A DNA stretch of 62,803 nucleotides, filler included, from Dugesia japonica (taxonomy: Eukaryota): the NCBI GenBank assembly GCA_001938525.1. It is 5 parts of 5 records of this genome, joined end to end, with 100 filler letters (N's around TTAATTAATTAA, not from the genome) between each part and the next. Parts side by side here need not be neighbours in the genome. Positions count along the whole stretch, not along the records: positions 45,069 to 62,803 come from MQRL01549150.1; 4 more parts are not named here. One strand, written 5' to 3'. Every line of letters starts with the position of its first letter. Position 1 is the first letter of the stretch. The position numbers and the translations under genes were made by a program. Shown here in pieces: positions 50,364 through 62,803 of this stretch. The notes beneath the pieces are model-generated. The model was not told where the DNA came from. It ran no database searches and saw only the letters and a list, made by a program, of their open reading frames with translations.

Positions 50364-52812
50364 ACTTGAATATTTAAAAAAACTAAATATTTGTTTAAAT
50401 ATTGTGTTTTAAGATTTAGTTATACATTGAACTTATTGAATAAATTAAATTTATTAAATTTATAATGAAAACTAAGACTTTTTATTTAACTGGCGATCCA
50501 GCCCAGCTGAACCCAATTACAGAAATCAAAGCGAAAAAGGAGCCATCAAACTTTGCCCAAGGAGTCTAAGGAATTACTAACCCCTAAAATTTATCTGGGA
50601 ATTGTAACAAATTTCCAGCAAAATGGTTAAATGAAATTTCAATCTTTGCAGAATCAAACAGTTTCGATTTATTATCAACCTTTGAATTTTTATTAGATGG
50701 TGAGGCAAAAGACCTGTGGCAGGCATTTAAAAGTCGATAGAATGTCAGCGATAAAGTGGCTAGCGAATGGTTTAAAGGGAAATTTATAAAAGAAAAGTCA
50801 TTTCTTCGAATTATTGAAGAATGTAGTGGAATACGACATAAAGAAAATGAACTTTTCAAAAACTTTTAATTAAGAGTTTTAAGATCAATCAAAGAAATAT
50901 TTGAATCAGGATTGACTGTGGAGGAAATTGCTGAGCAAATAATCAAGAAAAGAGTTGGTTCCGAAGAGCTAAGAAAATCATTTGCTCTTAAACCAGAAAT
51001 TAAACCGGATGAAATTAGAAAGTTGGCTGAAAACTTTGAGAATAACGATGAAAAATTTTGTGGGTCACAGATAAATAAGGTGACTTACTCAGAAGTGGCC
51101 GCTACAAGTTACATACCGAGAATTAAGAAAATTGATTTAAAAGGTTCAAACTATCATAAACCCAGGAATAATGAAATTGAAAAAGCAATTACAATTGCTG
51201 AAGAATTTAAAGATTCCAAAAACAGCAGAAAAGATCAATTTAGGAATATGCTAACAGTTTCCATGAAGTTTATTACAAGGAAAGTGAACAATAGATAAAA
51301 GAAGACTCCCTCCACTGAAAGAAGAACAATTAAAGAAAGGCTCACGTTTTTGCTGAATAAGATAAGATTAAAACGGCATTTTCAACAAAGAAGCTCAATA
51401 TTACTACAATCGTAGTCCATTTGGGTTATCAACTGCTCCAGCTACATTTCAGAAATTGATGCATACAATTTTGGATGGGATTTGATTTAAAGGTGTAGTT
51501 GCATATATTGACGACATTTAATATTTGCAAAAAGTCGATTAGAACATGATAAAATACTTGAAAATGTATTTCAAAGAATTTGGAATTCTGGTCTCAAAAT
51601 CAATCCAAATAAATGTATAAAAGTGAATTGTTATTTTTGTACAATACAGTTAGCAAAGACTCTCAATGTCAAACCGAATATGGGGATGCTAAAGTCAAGA
51701 TGTCTAAAGTAAAATATTTGAGGGCTTTAGATAATTCTGTAGATAATGTGGATGGCTATATTAACAGATTTAAGAGCATAAAAAACTATAAAATATGTAT
51801 CAGATTATATCTTCTGGCCAAATTTGGTAAGAGATATTCAAAATATAATACGATAATGTCAATTTTGCCCGTGCAGGAAAAAAATTAGTGAAAAGGTTCC
51901 AGAGAAATTTATTTGGCGTTTGAACAGATAGTAATGGATATAGCATATATGGATATTGGTCGATCAAATAAAAGATATATGATTGTTATCATTGATCAAT
52001 CTAGTAAAATGATTTTTCTTACTGCAATAAACAATCAAAATTAAACCGCTGTAAAAAGCACTCTACTAAACACTGGATTTATAAATTTGGAAAACCACAA
52101 AAATCGTGTCAGACCGTTGCAAAGTATTTGAAGAAAAATTATTCCAAATTCTAGCTAGCAAGCTTAATATTTCATAGATCTTTACGTCTCCATATGAACA
52201 TAAATCTAATGGATTAGTTNNNNNNNNNNNNNNNNNNNNNNNNNNNNNNNNNNNNNNNNNNNNNNNNNNNNNNNNNNNNNNNNNNNNNNNNNNNNNNNNN
52301 NNNNNNNNNNNNNNNNNNNNNNNNNNNNNNNNNNTATCAAAGTCAATGTGATTCCCACCAATAGAAATAATTTATAGGAGGAAAATAAATATTCACACAA
52401 ATAAAGAACACAACTTTGGAGAGAACAAAACTATAAAAAAGGCTTTCGATAATATTTAATGAGTATCGCAAACAATGATAAATCAATGAAAATCGTTTTA
52501 GTTGTGAATTCGAAGTAGGTGAAGACGTGTTAGTAAGGAAAGACCCTCAAAAAACAGAAGAAGAATGATTTACTCTATGAAGGTACTTATAGAATTACTG
52601 AATTTCTAAAACTTTACCAAGTTCGGTTAGAAAGTCCAAAAGGTTCCGAATGTAGAAGAATCAAATGGTTAAAGAGATGCAGATTCTAGAAAGAGGGGGA
52701 GAAGTTGAATATTAAAAAAACTAAATATTTGTTAAAACATTGTTTTAAGATTTAGTTATATTTTGAACTTATTGAATAAATTTGTAATGGAAATAAGACT
52801 TTTGATTTAACT
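50364..52812 (+). mobile_element. Internally deleted Gypsy D with AGTT..AACT LTR termini
   Basis: LTRs 50364-50491 and 52703-52812; PBS TGGCGATCCAGCC (tRNA-Arg(ACG)-like) sharing the LTR terminal T; PPT agaaagagggggag; TSD (n)tttc/atttc; gag remnant, RT PFGLSTAPATFQ..YIDD, integrase remnants. Confidence 0.88.
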
Positions 52813-53689
52813 ATTTCTAATGGCTAGATCAAATATCCATCAACAGCGTGGTTTCAATAAAATAAAAAAATATAAAGCTAAGTTGTTATTTCTGACTTAC
52901 CTGATCAAAACGAATTATATGAATATAAAATAGAAATAAAAGAAATCCAACGTTGACCAAATTTAAAATTAAAATTATTTCATAAATTTTTTGAAAACAA
53001 TTTAAAATTTAGTAGTGTGATCTATTTAAAAACTCTTATTTCTCTATAAACGAATAAAACCTATGAAAATTGGATTCTGAATGACAAGTAACAAACCCGA
53101 TTATCATTTAGAAAATATTCCAGATCAATTAACAATTAAAAATGAAACATAAGTAAAAAAAAAGCTTATTGAATAATTTTTTTAGATATTTGATTTTGAT
53201 GATCAAATAAAATCATCAGTATTTGTCTAATCAATGAATGAAGAAAAGTTAATAAAATATTTTCTTATCCAATCAAAGTTTATTGATGAAAATCAGTGGG
53301 AGATTACTACAAATCTGGAAAAATTTAGCAAAAATCTAAAGTTAGTACTATAAAAAAAACAATTTTCATGTTGATAAATCAAATAATTAAAAATAATTAA
53401 CATATGTAACATTATTAACTCCTTATTTTTATTTTTTACTCTCAAATGGATAAGAAAAATTCCATCATATAAAAATTGTTTTTCCTACTTTATTGCATTA
53501 TTATTATTATTATTATTATNNNNNNNNNNNNNNNNNNNNNNNNNNNNNNNNNNNNNNNNNNNNNNNNNNNNATTATTATTATTTTATTAATTTATTTACA
53601 GTAATACTGTGACACCTGTCTGTAATCTGTACTCTCAGTACACTAATTTTTCTGATGTCCCATATTTCCCTTTTCTTTTTATGCCCTCA

Positions 53690-53933
53690 AATTGGTGCTA
53701 ATTATATTCCAAAAACATGCTCGATTTCATGTTAAATACCACAAAATGCGTTGGTGTATGGGGCTCCGCCACAGACCTCGTTGGGGGTACATACAATGCT
53801 ACCCAGACACCTTAATCGCGTACGCTCGTATTCGTTGACATAAGGATCCACAGTTTCGCAACACCAATATCAAACTGCTTACAGCTAGCGTTCCGCTTAC
53901 TTAAATTTTCAATTTCGAGCATCTCCCCGGGCC
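53690..53933. mobile_element. GC-rich non-autonomous DNA transposon fragment (hAT-type internal motif)
   Basis: ggggctccgccacagacctcgttggggg..acccagacacc resembles the widespread ggctccgccccagaccccgctgggg subterminal motif. Confidence 0.45.
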
Positions 53934-54889
53934 NNNNNNNNNNNNNNNNNNNNNNNNNNNNNNNNNNNNNNNNNNNNNNNNNNNNNNNNNNNNNNNNNNN
54001 NNNNNNNNNNNNNNNNNNNNNNNNNNNNNNNNNNNNNNNNNNNNNNNNNNNNNNNNNNNNNNNNNNNNNNNNNNNNTTTAATAACAAAATAAGCCTGTAT
54101 CAAATTAAATGGCTTCAAAATGACATGTACTGCATTTGATATTGCAAAATAATATTCAAATATTCTAATTTTTTTTATTTAGACTATTTTGAAATTAAGA
54201 TTCATAATGATCATTGCGAGATGAAATAAATTAAATTAATTATAATTAAATACTAAATGTTATATAATTATGTTTGTTTGTGTTGTATGTATTGTATGTA
54301 TTGTATGTTTGTATGTTTGCGTTTACTTCATAAAAAACTTGTGTTTGACTTTTTGATGATATAATTTGGCCAATTGGGTAATTGCTATAACTGGTACCAA
54401 TTTAGAGTTTATAATTGTTGTATAATACACATTTTGATTATCAGTTCTTATTCTATTCTCATTTATATTTAACAATCATCATCAAAGAACAGAAAATAAT
54501 TTTCCCAATAAGTTTTGGAAAAAATTTACAAAAAAATCTGAAAATATGTCTCGAAAAAAGTACTTCTTATTTTTAGAATTATTAGAGCTAACGATTGCAA
54601 CTGAATGTTTTTAATGTTGTTGTGTAAATGCGTCATTTCTATTGGTTTCTTGAATCATGATTCTACAATTCCTTGATATAAAGAAAATAATCTTTTACTT
54701 TCTACTTTTATCAACGATTTATGATGGTTTACGTATAGGAAAATTCATTTCACTAGTCACTTCTTGAGATATGTGTTCTTTGTAATTAATATTGCTAATC
54801 ATTATTATTAATAGCTTTCAAATATGTGCTTTCTTGTAAAAAAATTCGTTTAAACAATATAAACAAGGTTCTAAATTATTCATTTTTAA

Positions 54890-55520
54890 ATGAATAAAAT
54901 TAAGAAATGGTTCTTTATATCAAATTGTTGGTCCCAATGGTAGTGGAAAAACTTTGTTTGTATGCAAATTACTGTAATCAAATTTATTTAAATCAAAATT
55001 CAATAAAATTTACTGGCAAAGAGGAGCAAATGAAGAGCATGAATTGACTCAGTCAGAGTTTTCTAATATANNNNNNNNNNNNNNNNNNNGATTTGATGAT
55101 AATTAGAGCAAGAGATTGAAACCAGGTGATGTAATTGTTGTTGATGATCTATACAAGGAAGCAAACAATGAATAGGACTTTAAAAATTTATTCATAAATA
55201 TATTAAGACATTATAATGTGACTGTGATTTTTATTAGCCAAAATTGTTTTTATAAAGGACGTGGTCAAAAAACATGTATTTTAAATGTACAATACTTGGT
55301 TTTATTTAAAAATTCAATAGATAAAACAATTGTTGATTTTCTAGCAAGTCAGGCTTATCCTAATAGTAGAAAATTTCTTATGTAATCATTCAAGGATGCA
55401 ACAGTACATTCAAATGGGTATCTATTTCTCGATTTTTCACAGCAATGTCCAGATGAACTTAGAGTTCGATCTGATATTTTTAATCAAAGTGGATATAAAC
55501 AAAATATAAACAGTATATAA
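54890..55520 (+). pseudogene. A32/FtsK-like packaging ATPase
   Basis: Walker A IVGPNGSGKT, Walker B VIVVDDL, LRHYNVTVIFISQN, NVQYLVLFKN, GYLFLDF..PDELRVRSDIF. Confidence 0.92.
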
Positions 55521-55827
55521 AAATTGAACAATTAAAATAATTATTCGATTATAAAATGTCTGAATTTAAAAAAGTTTTAGTTTATCAGGTAAATGACGGT
55601 TCAAAAATAGAAAATTATTCTAAAATGAGAGTTGAAAAGCTAACTGTAAAAAACAAGAGACAAAAAATGAAGAATTAAGTAAAGCAGATCCATATAACAA
55701 TGAAACAAGTAAAAAGAACAGTTGATCGAGTTCAAAAAACAATCAAAAAGCTTTAGAAAGAAACTTTCAAATGTTAATGGAAAATGAATCAAAATATAAA
55801 TAATCTCCCTGTTTGTATTAAATAAAC

Positions 55828-56153
55828 ATGAAATTTAAACACAGTCTTCTCTTTTTTAATATATTGCTAAAGGGTCCAAAAGAGTCGACAAGGAATGTGT
55901 TACAGTTATTTCCAATATTTTTCATAGATAATTTGTTGGAAAATTTTGTCAATATGGTTAGTGGTAATTTAATTAGAAGTATGAAGAAAAAGCTAGAATT
56001 NNNNNNNNNNNNNNNNNNNNNNNNNNNNNNNNNNNNNNNNNNNNNNNNNNNNNNNNNNNNNNNNNNNNNNNNNNNNNNNTAAGCAAAAAGGAGGATTCCT
56101 TGCTGCATTATTACCAATCGAATTAGCAGCATTAGGACTAGTAAATTTTACAT
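55828..56153 (+). pseudogene. Small Polinton protein, homolog of 10425-10742
   Basis: LLKGPKES..LQLFPIFFIDNLLE..VSGN, then KQK-GGFLAALLPI across a frameshift. Confidence 0.65.
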
Positions 56154-56229
56154 AAACAATGGGCAATGTGGAATCATTGTCACATATTTATCTCAAATTT
56201 ATATCAAATTGTTGTAATCGACAAAATCG

Positions 56230-59200
56230 AACCAATATGGACAGTCCCGAAAAATCAAGCAGGGTTCAAAGGCGTGAAGAACTATGGAAAGCAACACACA
56301 ATTCGAAAAGCGAGACGAATAAGTGGTCATCGAACCAGTTAGCGTATAGTCTAGACTAGCCAATACTGAAAAGATTCCCAACAAGACAGTATAAAACATA
56401 TGAGATTTATGATTTATGGTAAATGGATTTGATAGAAATAATACCTTTTTCGAGAATTAAAACAGGTTACAAGTATATTTTGACATGTATTGATGTATTT
56501 CATAGATTTGCAAGAGCTGTAAAATCAAAATCCGCTAATGATATGGAATATGCAGTCAAATCAATCTTTAAAGAGGGCCATCCGGATAATTTACAAACTG
56601 ATTTGGGAAAAGAATTCTACAATGCAAAAGTCAAGAATTTTANNNNNNNNNNNNNNNTTAACCATTATCCTGTATTTTCACAATACAATATTTTGAAAGA
56701 TTTATTCGAAAATTGAGAGATGCATTAAAAAAGTACTTTGTACATACTGGTAATAAAACCTGGATACATATATTACCGAAATTAATTGACAGTTATAATC
56801 ATACAAGTCACAAGGGATTAAATGGAGTGAGACCTATTAGTGTATCATCTGATAATTCAATGGAATTGTTGGAGTGAAACACCCGGGTTTAAAAGGAAAT
56901 TAGAACCAAAGGCCTAAATCAGAAATTATAAAGTGAAGAAGTGGAGCCGGAGAAAACTAATTAGGAATAGTGTCGTCTGGATAAAGTTTTAATGATTATA
57001 TCAATAAAAAATCTGAAGAAAATACAAAACGTAGAAAAAAAATACCAGTTGGATAAAATATTAGCTCAAACCAAGTTCAATAATTAAAGGAAATATGATT
57101 TATTATTAAAAACAGAAAAATTATCATTAAAAATGATGTTTAATTATCAAGAAAAAATTAATTAATTTTGCCCAAAAGAGAAATTAAATTAGGCGAAAAT
57201 TTGTTTTTGTAGAATATGGAAGATCATAGAAAAACCCAACAAGAAAATTCAGAAAAAAGAAGTAACAGGGCAATTGAATTTTCTTACGGGAAAGTCCTAA
57301 CATTATCAGGATGGTCTACGAAAGGGTTTGAAGAATAAGCTAATGACAGACCAGAAAATAAAGAAACAACAAAAACATGGAAAACACAAGATGTCCAAAA
57401 AAAATTGGCACTAATAGTGCAGCAGAAAGTTGTAAAGATTTTTTAGAATTTTAGACAGAACCTCAATAAGAAACAAGAATGGAACAACAAAAATAGATAG
57501 CCAACAGGAAAGTAGTCGGGTGCACGCGAAATTTAAAAGAAAAATCATCTTTTTTCTGAATTTCAATATTAGTACAATAGTCATTATAAAACTGTACTTT
57601 TGCAGTAACTAGTTTTCGGGGAGAAATTTCGCAAGAAAATTTTGTAACCAATCATCATCACAAAAAAACACAATTTCAAGAATCTTAATTGCCTGGAGTT
57701 TAATCACTAAACCTTTCAAATTAATCGTATCACCATTTGGACGAGCACTAAAGTAAAATCGCCTACATTTTAATTTGAACTAATTTGAAATTAAAGGAAA
57801 AGGAATTCACTACTAGTTTATTCAGCTACATCGTTACTATTGAAAGAAATTGACAGAAAACCCGTTGCAGAAAACTTACACTGAGAAAAGTAATTGTTAA
57901 TTTAATTATAACCTTATTTAATTCTTTGTGTTTACCAATTAACATAATGTTACACAAGAAGTTCATATTCTATTAAAATTTTATTTCATTCATTACAATC
58001 GTAGGAAATTCCAATGATTTAGGTCGACAGCTAGTGATAGATAAGAGAAGATTGAATGGTTATTGATGTTCCTCAGCATGAATTCCTTGCAGTTTTTAAT
58101 TCCTAATGAATACATAATTGGATAATCAGTCACTAACAAATGAGGGGAAAAGCGATATTCATTACGCTGTGTTTCATTTTATCACTAAAAAATCAACAAT
58201 CATACTACAAAACATTTTCTTTAAAAAAGAAAAAACTTTTTACCGTAAGAATTAGGAGTCTATCCGATTTTTCAGATAAACCCAGAAATTCCATGAATTG
58301 ATGCATAACATAGAACTCCACGAGAATGAGAATTAGGCTCTGGAGTAAATTCTGCTTTAAGGCTACTCATAGTATAAAACCCATGTAAGTAGATGATTCA
58401 TAAATTTTACTCAGTAGATAATAGTATCTCATACATTAGGGGAATAACTTGGTTGAATACCTGGTACAACATCCCCACACACCTCATTTTCACAGTTGAG
58501 CATGTTGACTTAATTTTCGTGTTTTTTCCACAAAATAGACTGTGAAAATATTTGACATTACATTAAACAATATTGTATAGTGATTCGATAATCAAATCAT
58601 ACNNNNNNNNNNNNNNNNNNNNNNNNNNNNNNNNNNNNNNNNNNNNNNNNNNNNNNNNNNNNNNNNNNNNNNNNNNNNNNNNNNNNNNNNNNNNNNNTGG
58701 TCACCCAGAAATGCTGCATGTGTGTTTAGGTAGGAATAAACTAAATTAGTTAACAGATGAACATTGGAAGGTGGATTATTCTCATGCAATTATCGATTAT
58801 TTTAAGCATGTGATTGTTAACAAGTTAAAAATTACTATTATTTGCAGAATGCGTTGTTGGAATCTTATCTAGTTATGCCGTAGTAACATTTTTGCGTTTT
58901 TTGACTTTTCAATGATCAAGGTGATTGAAATTGTCGTTTTCACATTGTTATTTTCTCTTCACAATTAGTTTTCCTTTATCACCACAAATAACGTTGTTAT
59001 TGGCTCTAATATGAATTATCCCTTGGAAGAGTATTGTCCTTAATGTTATTTGTATTAAATTAATAAAGTAAACATACTTTTCCGAATGAATTTACTAAGG
59101 TAAACAGTACTCATTTTAACCGGCTCAACATTACCAATTATTATTTATTATCATTATTAGTTGCACTATATTATCACCGTCGCCCAGAGATATGCAAATC

Positions 59201-60040
59201 CGTATAACCGTAATGCGGGGGTTCTGGTAGAACGCTCTAACGTACCGGCTAGAGTGACATATGAGGAACGAAGCTGGGACGCTACTGAAAAGCAGTCGTA
59301 TTATGATTGAACTGGCCCAGATCGCAGCCGTATCACGCTCTCTGCAGTAACTGTTTCAACGCACAACGAAAATGGCATGCAACGCCAACATCAAATATGG
59401 AGGAAGAACACACCTCCCTCGGAACCTGTCCTCTTACCAGTAAGGTTAGAAGGATTGATCAATGATGCGCTGTGGAGTATCAGAAATACAAGGAGTGGCG
59501 GTAGTACAGAAGATACTGAACCGTCCACTAATGATGAAACTTAATTGTAACTAATGTTCCTCAGCGGTTATTTTTTGTATCATGAATAAATCATATTTTC
59601 TCCTAACTTGAGCCTTCACCTTTTAAATAATTAGGTTCACTTGTTTTAGTGAAATTAACTTCGTTATCTGGTAGTCATATTTAAGTAATACATCTCTATT
59701 AAATCTGGCTATCTATTAATCAATTTAAAATTTAACCATTCATCAAGAATCTTGACGGTAATTGGAGTGATGAAGTGTTTCAAATATCAAAAATCAATAC
59801 AGAGAAGAACCCAATCATGTATGTGATTAAGGATCATGAAGAAAATACTTTTGTTGGTAAATTCTATGTTCAAGAATTGCAATTTATTTCACAACAGACA
59901 CTAGTTAGAATAGAAAAGATTATCAGATCAAAGGGAATTGAAAAATATTAAAGAATTATATGTAAATTGGCATGGATAGGAAAAACCAAGTTGAATATCA
60001 ACATCTCAAGTAATAAATTCAACAAAAAAGAAGAAAAATG
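56230..60040 (+). pseudogene. Polinton integrase+chromodomain split by an insertion (parts 56230-56866 and 59735-60040)
   Basis: YKYILTCIDVFHRF, LQTDLGKEFYN, YNHTSH; homology to copy 1 resumes at ccattcatcaag..NWSDEVF..LYVNWHG. Confidence 0.88.
56867..59734 (+). mobile_element. 2.9-kb foreign insert, possibly a decayed LTR element with an env-like gene
   Basis: Absent from copy 1; starts TGTTGG; A-rich pol-like part, then Cys/Trp-containing fragments, a TM-like segment and a GC-rich tail frame ending at 59544, then AATAAA at 59585. The insertion is clear; its identity is not. Confidence 0.45.
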
Positions 60041-61255
60041 AGCAAAACGAATAATGTCTATACACTATCACCTAGTAATAGTTGTCCACTTATTCATCAT
60101 GATAATACTACTAGTAATTTCATTGTTAAGCTTCAAAATCCGATTTAAATGGATAGTAAATGGAAAGCAGCCTTGATGAATTTCACCTTTGTGTACTGGA
60201 TTTTTCCATTTTATAGCAAATCCCATATTCAATACGTAACATGAAAAGATGACTGGAAGGAAATATTTGTTCCAATTGATAATAAAGAAAAAAGATTGAG
60301 TACCAAGGGTGATGATGTTATTCAAATATATGAAACAGAAGACTTGTACATTAAATTGTTACATNATGNTAATGTATTGGAATTTGAGAATCTTGAAGAT
60401 TTTGGATTTGGCAATTTAAATATGACATTGAAGACACAACTTTTATTTTGATCTATTAAAAACAATGATTCGATAGAAACCATAAAAATAAAGTTATTTT
60501 ATTCCATAAAAACTGTCAATGTTGTTCAGTTCAAAAATGATTTGTACATATCGGAAATGGGTCAGTTGAATAAATATTTTATGGAAAATGGTTATAATAT
60601 ATTTAAAACTCTTCATCTTAAGAAGGATGAGCTATTTAGATTTTTTTGTTAGATGATCTTAAAAGTGTAATATTTGATGGAATCCTAACAAAAACCCTTG
60701 GATTAGTCAAAAAATAGTATTTCCGGGTCAATATAATCGAAACACAAGGAGCTGTTGAATTCACTGCACATAAAAAGCCAAATTTGTTGAATTACAATCA
60801 ACAAATGTTCATCTATAAAAGCATTTTTGAACCTGTCATTGTTAGTGATATTAGTGTTCCTATTGTTGGAAAAGCATGAAGATGATCCAAATAACTTTTG
60901 AAAATCCAATGTATTTACCAATTTCTACATCATGTATAAACAATATTGAAATCAACATACGCGATGAAAGTGGAGTATTAATTAACTTTGCGCAAGACTA
61001 AACAACTCATTGAACCCTTTCGCACCGACTTTCCGCTGATGACACTAAGTTAAATTTATATATTGGAACTTATTCATATTGACGTAAATATGAAATATTC
61101 TCATTTTGTGTAATCGTGGCGCTTCTGAATATCCTAACAAACTCTAACACCGCAAATTGCTTTGAATATATCCCAGTAGAATCATGATTTAAGTTTCTGG
61201 AACGTATTATCCCAATAGGGGAAAAAGTGTTAAGTCAACATTTTAGAAAATTAAA
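60038..61255 (+). pseudogene. Penton of copy 2
   Basis: MSKTNNVYTLSPSNSCPLIHHDNTTSNFIVKLQNPI..KWKAAL; NPMYLPISTSCINNIEINIRDE. Confidence 0.82.
61015..61229. mobile_element. piggyBac-type MITE in the 3' end of the penton gene
   Basis: Absent from copy 1, which has catTTAAca at this site; here tgaa|cccttt ... aaagtg|ttaa, i.e. a TTAA target with CCCTTT-like ends. Confidence 0.7.
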
Positions 61256-61630
61256 TGTCTAATCCTGATATTATTTTACCATAAAGTACTAATCACGCTG
61301 GTGGATAATTGCAGTACTTTGTAGGAAAACAGTTTGTATCTGAATGGTTGTAAACAATTGGTCATTTGATTTGCCTATTCTTAGACGTATTGGAGCTATC
61401 AGAATGAAAACAGCACATGATGTAATAAATAATAACGCAAAAACTTTGCAATCCATGAAACGAAATGCAATGGATGAATTCAAAGATTTTATGACCTCTC
61501 CTGAAGTAAAGAAAATAATGCCAAAAGATAGCATGACAAATAAATAAAAACGCAAAGGTTCTGGAATAAAACGCAAGCATTCAAGTATAAACAAACAACT
61601 GAATGATTATGAAACTATATTTGAAAAATA
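61255..61630 (+). pseudogene. GG-motif protein of copy 2, homolog of 12820-13194
   Basis: MSNPDIILP.., HAGG*LQYFVGKQF, FDLPILRRIGA, KRKGSGIKRK. Confidence 0.75.
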
Positions 61631-62803
61631 CTTTGTGGATAAACTAAGCTATGTATTTTTGGTCATCCACCTCCTCAAGGTGTTATTGGATATGGATCAT
61701 TTGAAGATGTGTTTCCAATAAATTCAATTTCTGAATGTAGAAAGGATGTAGAGCTTTTTACAAAGAGATCGCAAACTGATTGTCTCGATTTGCATGATAC
61801 TTTATTGTATGTAATAGTAAGAGTAAATTTGGAATAAATTTGGATAAATTTGGAAAAGACTTGGGTGAAAAGTCCGATGTAATACCAAGCAACTTTGTGT
61901 TTCATATTCCGTTTAAAGATGTTATCCTTTCATTAAAAAATATCAAAATTGAAGGTTGCAACAAAACTCATACACAAAAAGCTATGATTGAAACTGTTTT
62001 GAATTATAGTGTTAACAGTAAGAACATTTGTCTTGCAGCAGTTGATTATGGTGATAAAGAAGACAAACAAAAGTCAATTAAGTTATCACAACCGTTGTCA
62101 CTATGTGGTTCTTTTCAACTGAATTTCATAGATCAACCAAAATATCTTATTTCTGGTGTTAATGTTTACATTCGAATGAAGAGAGCAGCCAATAGATTGG
62201 GCTTAGAATCTGTTACTGAGGAACCTAAATTTGTATTGCTTGATACAAAATTGATGGTTAGAAGAGTTTGAGTTGAATTATCAGTATTGGCAGGTCATTA
62301 AATAGGACTTTGTAAAGAAAATGTGGTTTTATCCAAAAGAACCAAGGAAATTGGGGCTTATACAATCAGCAAAGATAATATAACGTTTTATAAGAAGCTA
62401 ATTTTCGGAGATCTTCGATTACTCCACTTTTTGTTGGTAACATTTCAAAGCAGAGATCCATATAATGGACACTTTAAAACATCAAGCTCGAATTTTGATC
62501 AATTCAATGTCAAATCTATAACTCTATCAAAAACCAGCGATTATCGAGAATCATATACTTAAGACTTTGAAAATAATAATTACAGCACATCATACATGCA
62601 ATCAATAATTAGAAATGCGAGATATCTAAACAAGAATATGAATTATGGAATAACACTAGAAGAGATTAAAAATGAATTCTCATTATTTACGTTTGTACTT
62701 GCTCCAAATTTCGGTATAAATCAGAGTCCTTTACCTCAACATGTGAATATGAGATTGGATATCAAATTTGGAAATTCTTTGACTACGCCAGCATATGTAA
62801 TAA
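61631..62803 (+). pseudogene. Major capsid protein of copy 2 (truncated by window end)
   Basis: KTKLCIF, DVELFTKRSQTDCLDLHDTLL, FQLNFIDQPKYLISGVNV, LMVRRV, FVLAPNF. Confidence 0.88.

Larger units (their letters stand above)
54890..62803 (+). mobile_element. Endogenous Polinton/Maverick copy 2 (runs off the window), with two nested insertions
   Basis: ATPase, basic ORF, QK-G protein, split integrase, penton, GG protein and MCP in the same order as copy 1. Confidence 0.9.

Noticed and set aside
52813-53400. Coding-like A-rich segment, possibly non-LTR debris
   Set aside because: No diagnostic motif could be read.

Overview
Very AT-rich eukaryotic (metazoan) genomic DNA, not prokaryotic; no CRISPR, rRNA or tRNA genes were seen. 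The window is an artificial concatenation of five draft contigs joined by identical 100-bp spacers (N44-TTAATTAATTAA-N44) at 9998, 20649, 33304 and 44969, so synteny across these points means nothing. Host genes are sparse: an apparently intact two-exon TFIIA-gamma gene, the first four exons of a divergent kinesin light chain (one 7.2-kb intron, two ~50-nt introns) and one class-A GPCR TM1 exon. Most of the remainder is decayed mobile DNA: several Gypsy LTR elements, hAT (Buster/Charlie-type and Ac-type), Tigger/pogo, mariner, Merlin, Helitron, Penelope-like fragments with minimal hammerhead-like motifs, NeSL/Utopia-like RT and Ulp1 fragments, and MITEs. The main result is three divergent, pseudogenised copies of an endogenous Polinton/Maverick (adintovirus-like) virus. 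Together they give the order packaging ATPase, basic ORF, GG-motif protein, integrase+chromodomain, penton, second GG-motif protein, major capsid, adenain protease, then (after a deletion) pPolB. The polymerase survives only as a ~35-codon C-terminal tip that the ORF track misses. One copy is interrupted by a 2.9-kb insert that may encode an env-like membrane protein. All family assignments come from manual motif recognition, not database searches, and boundaries of degenerate elements are approximate. A flatworm-like host is only an inference.
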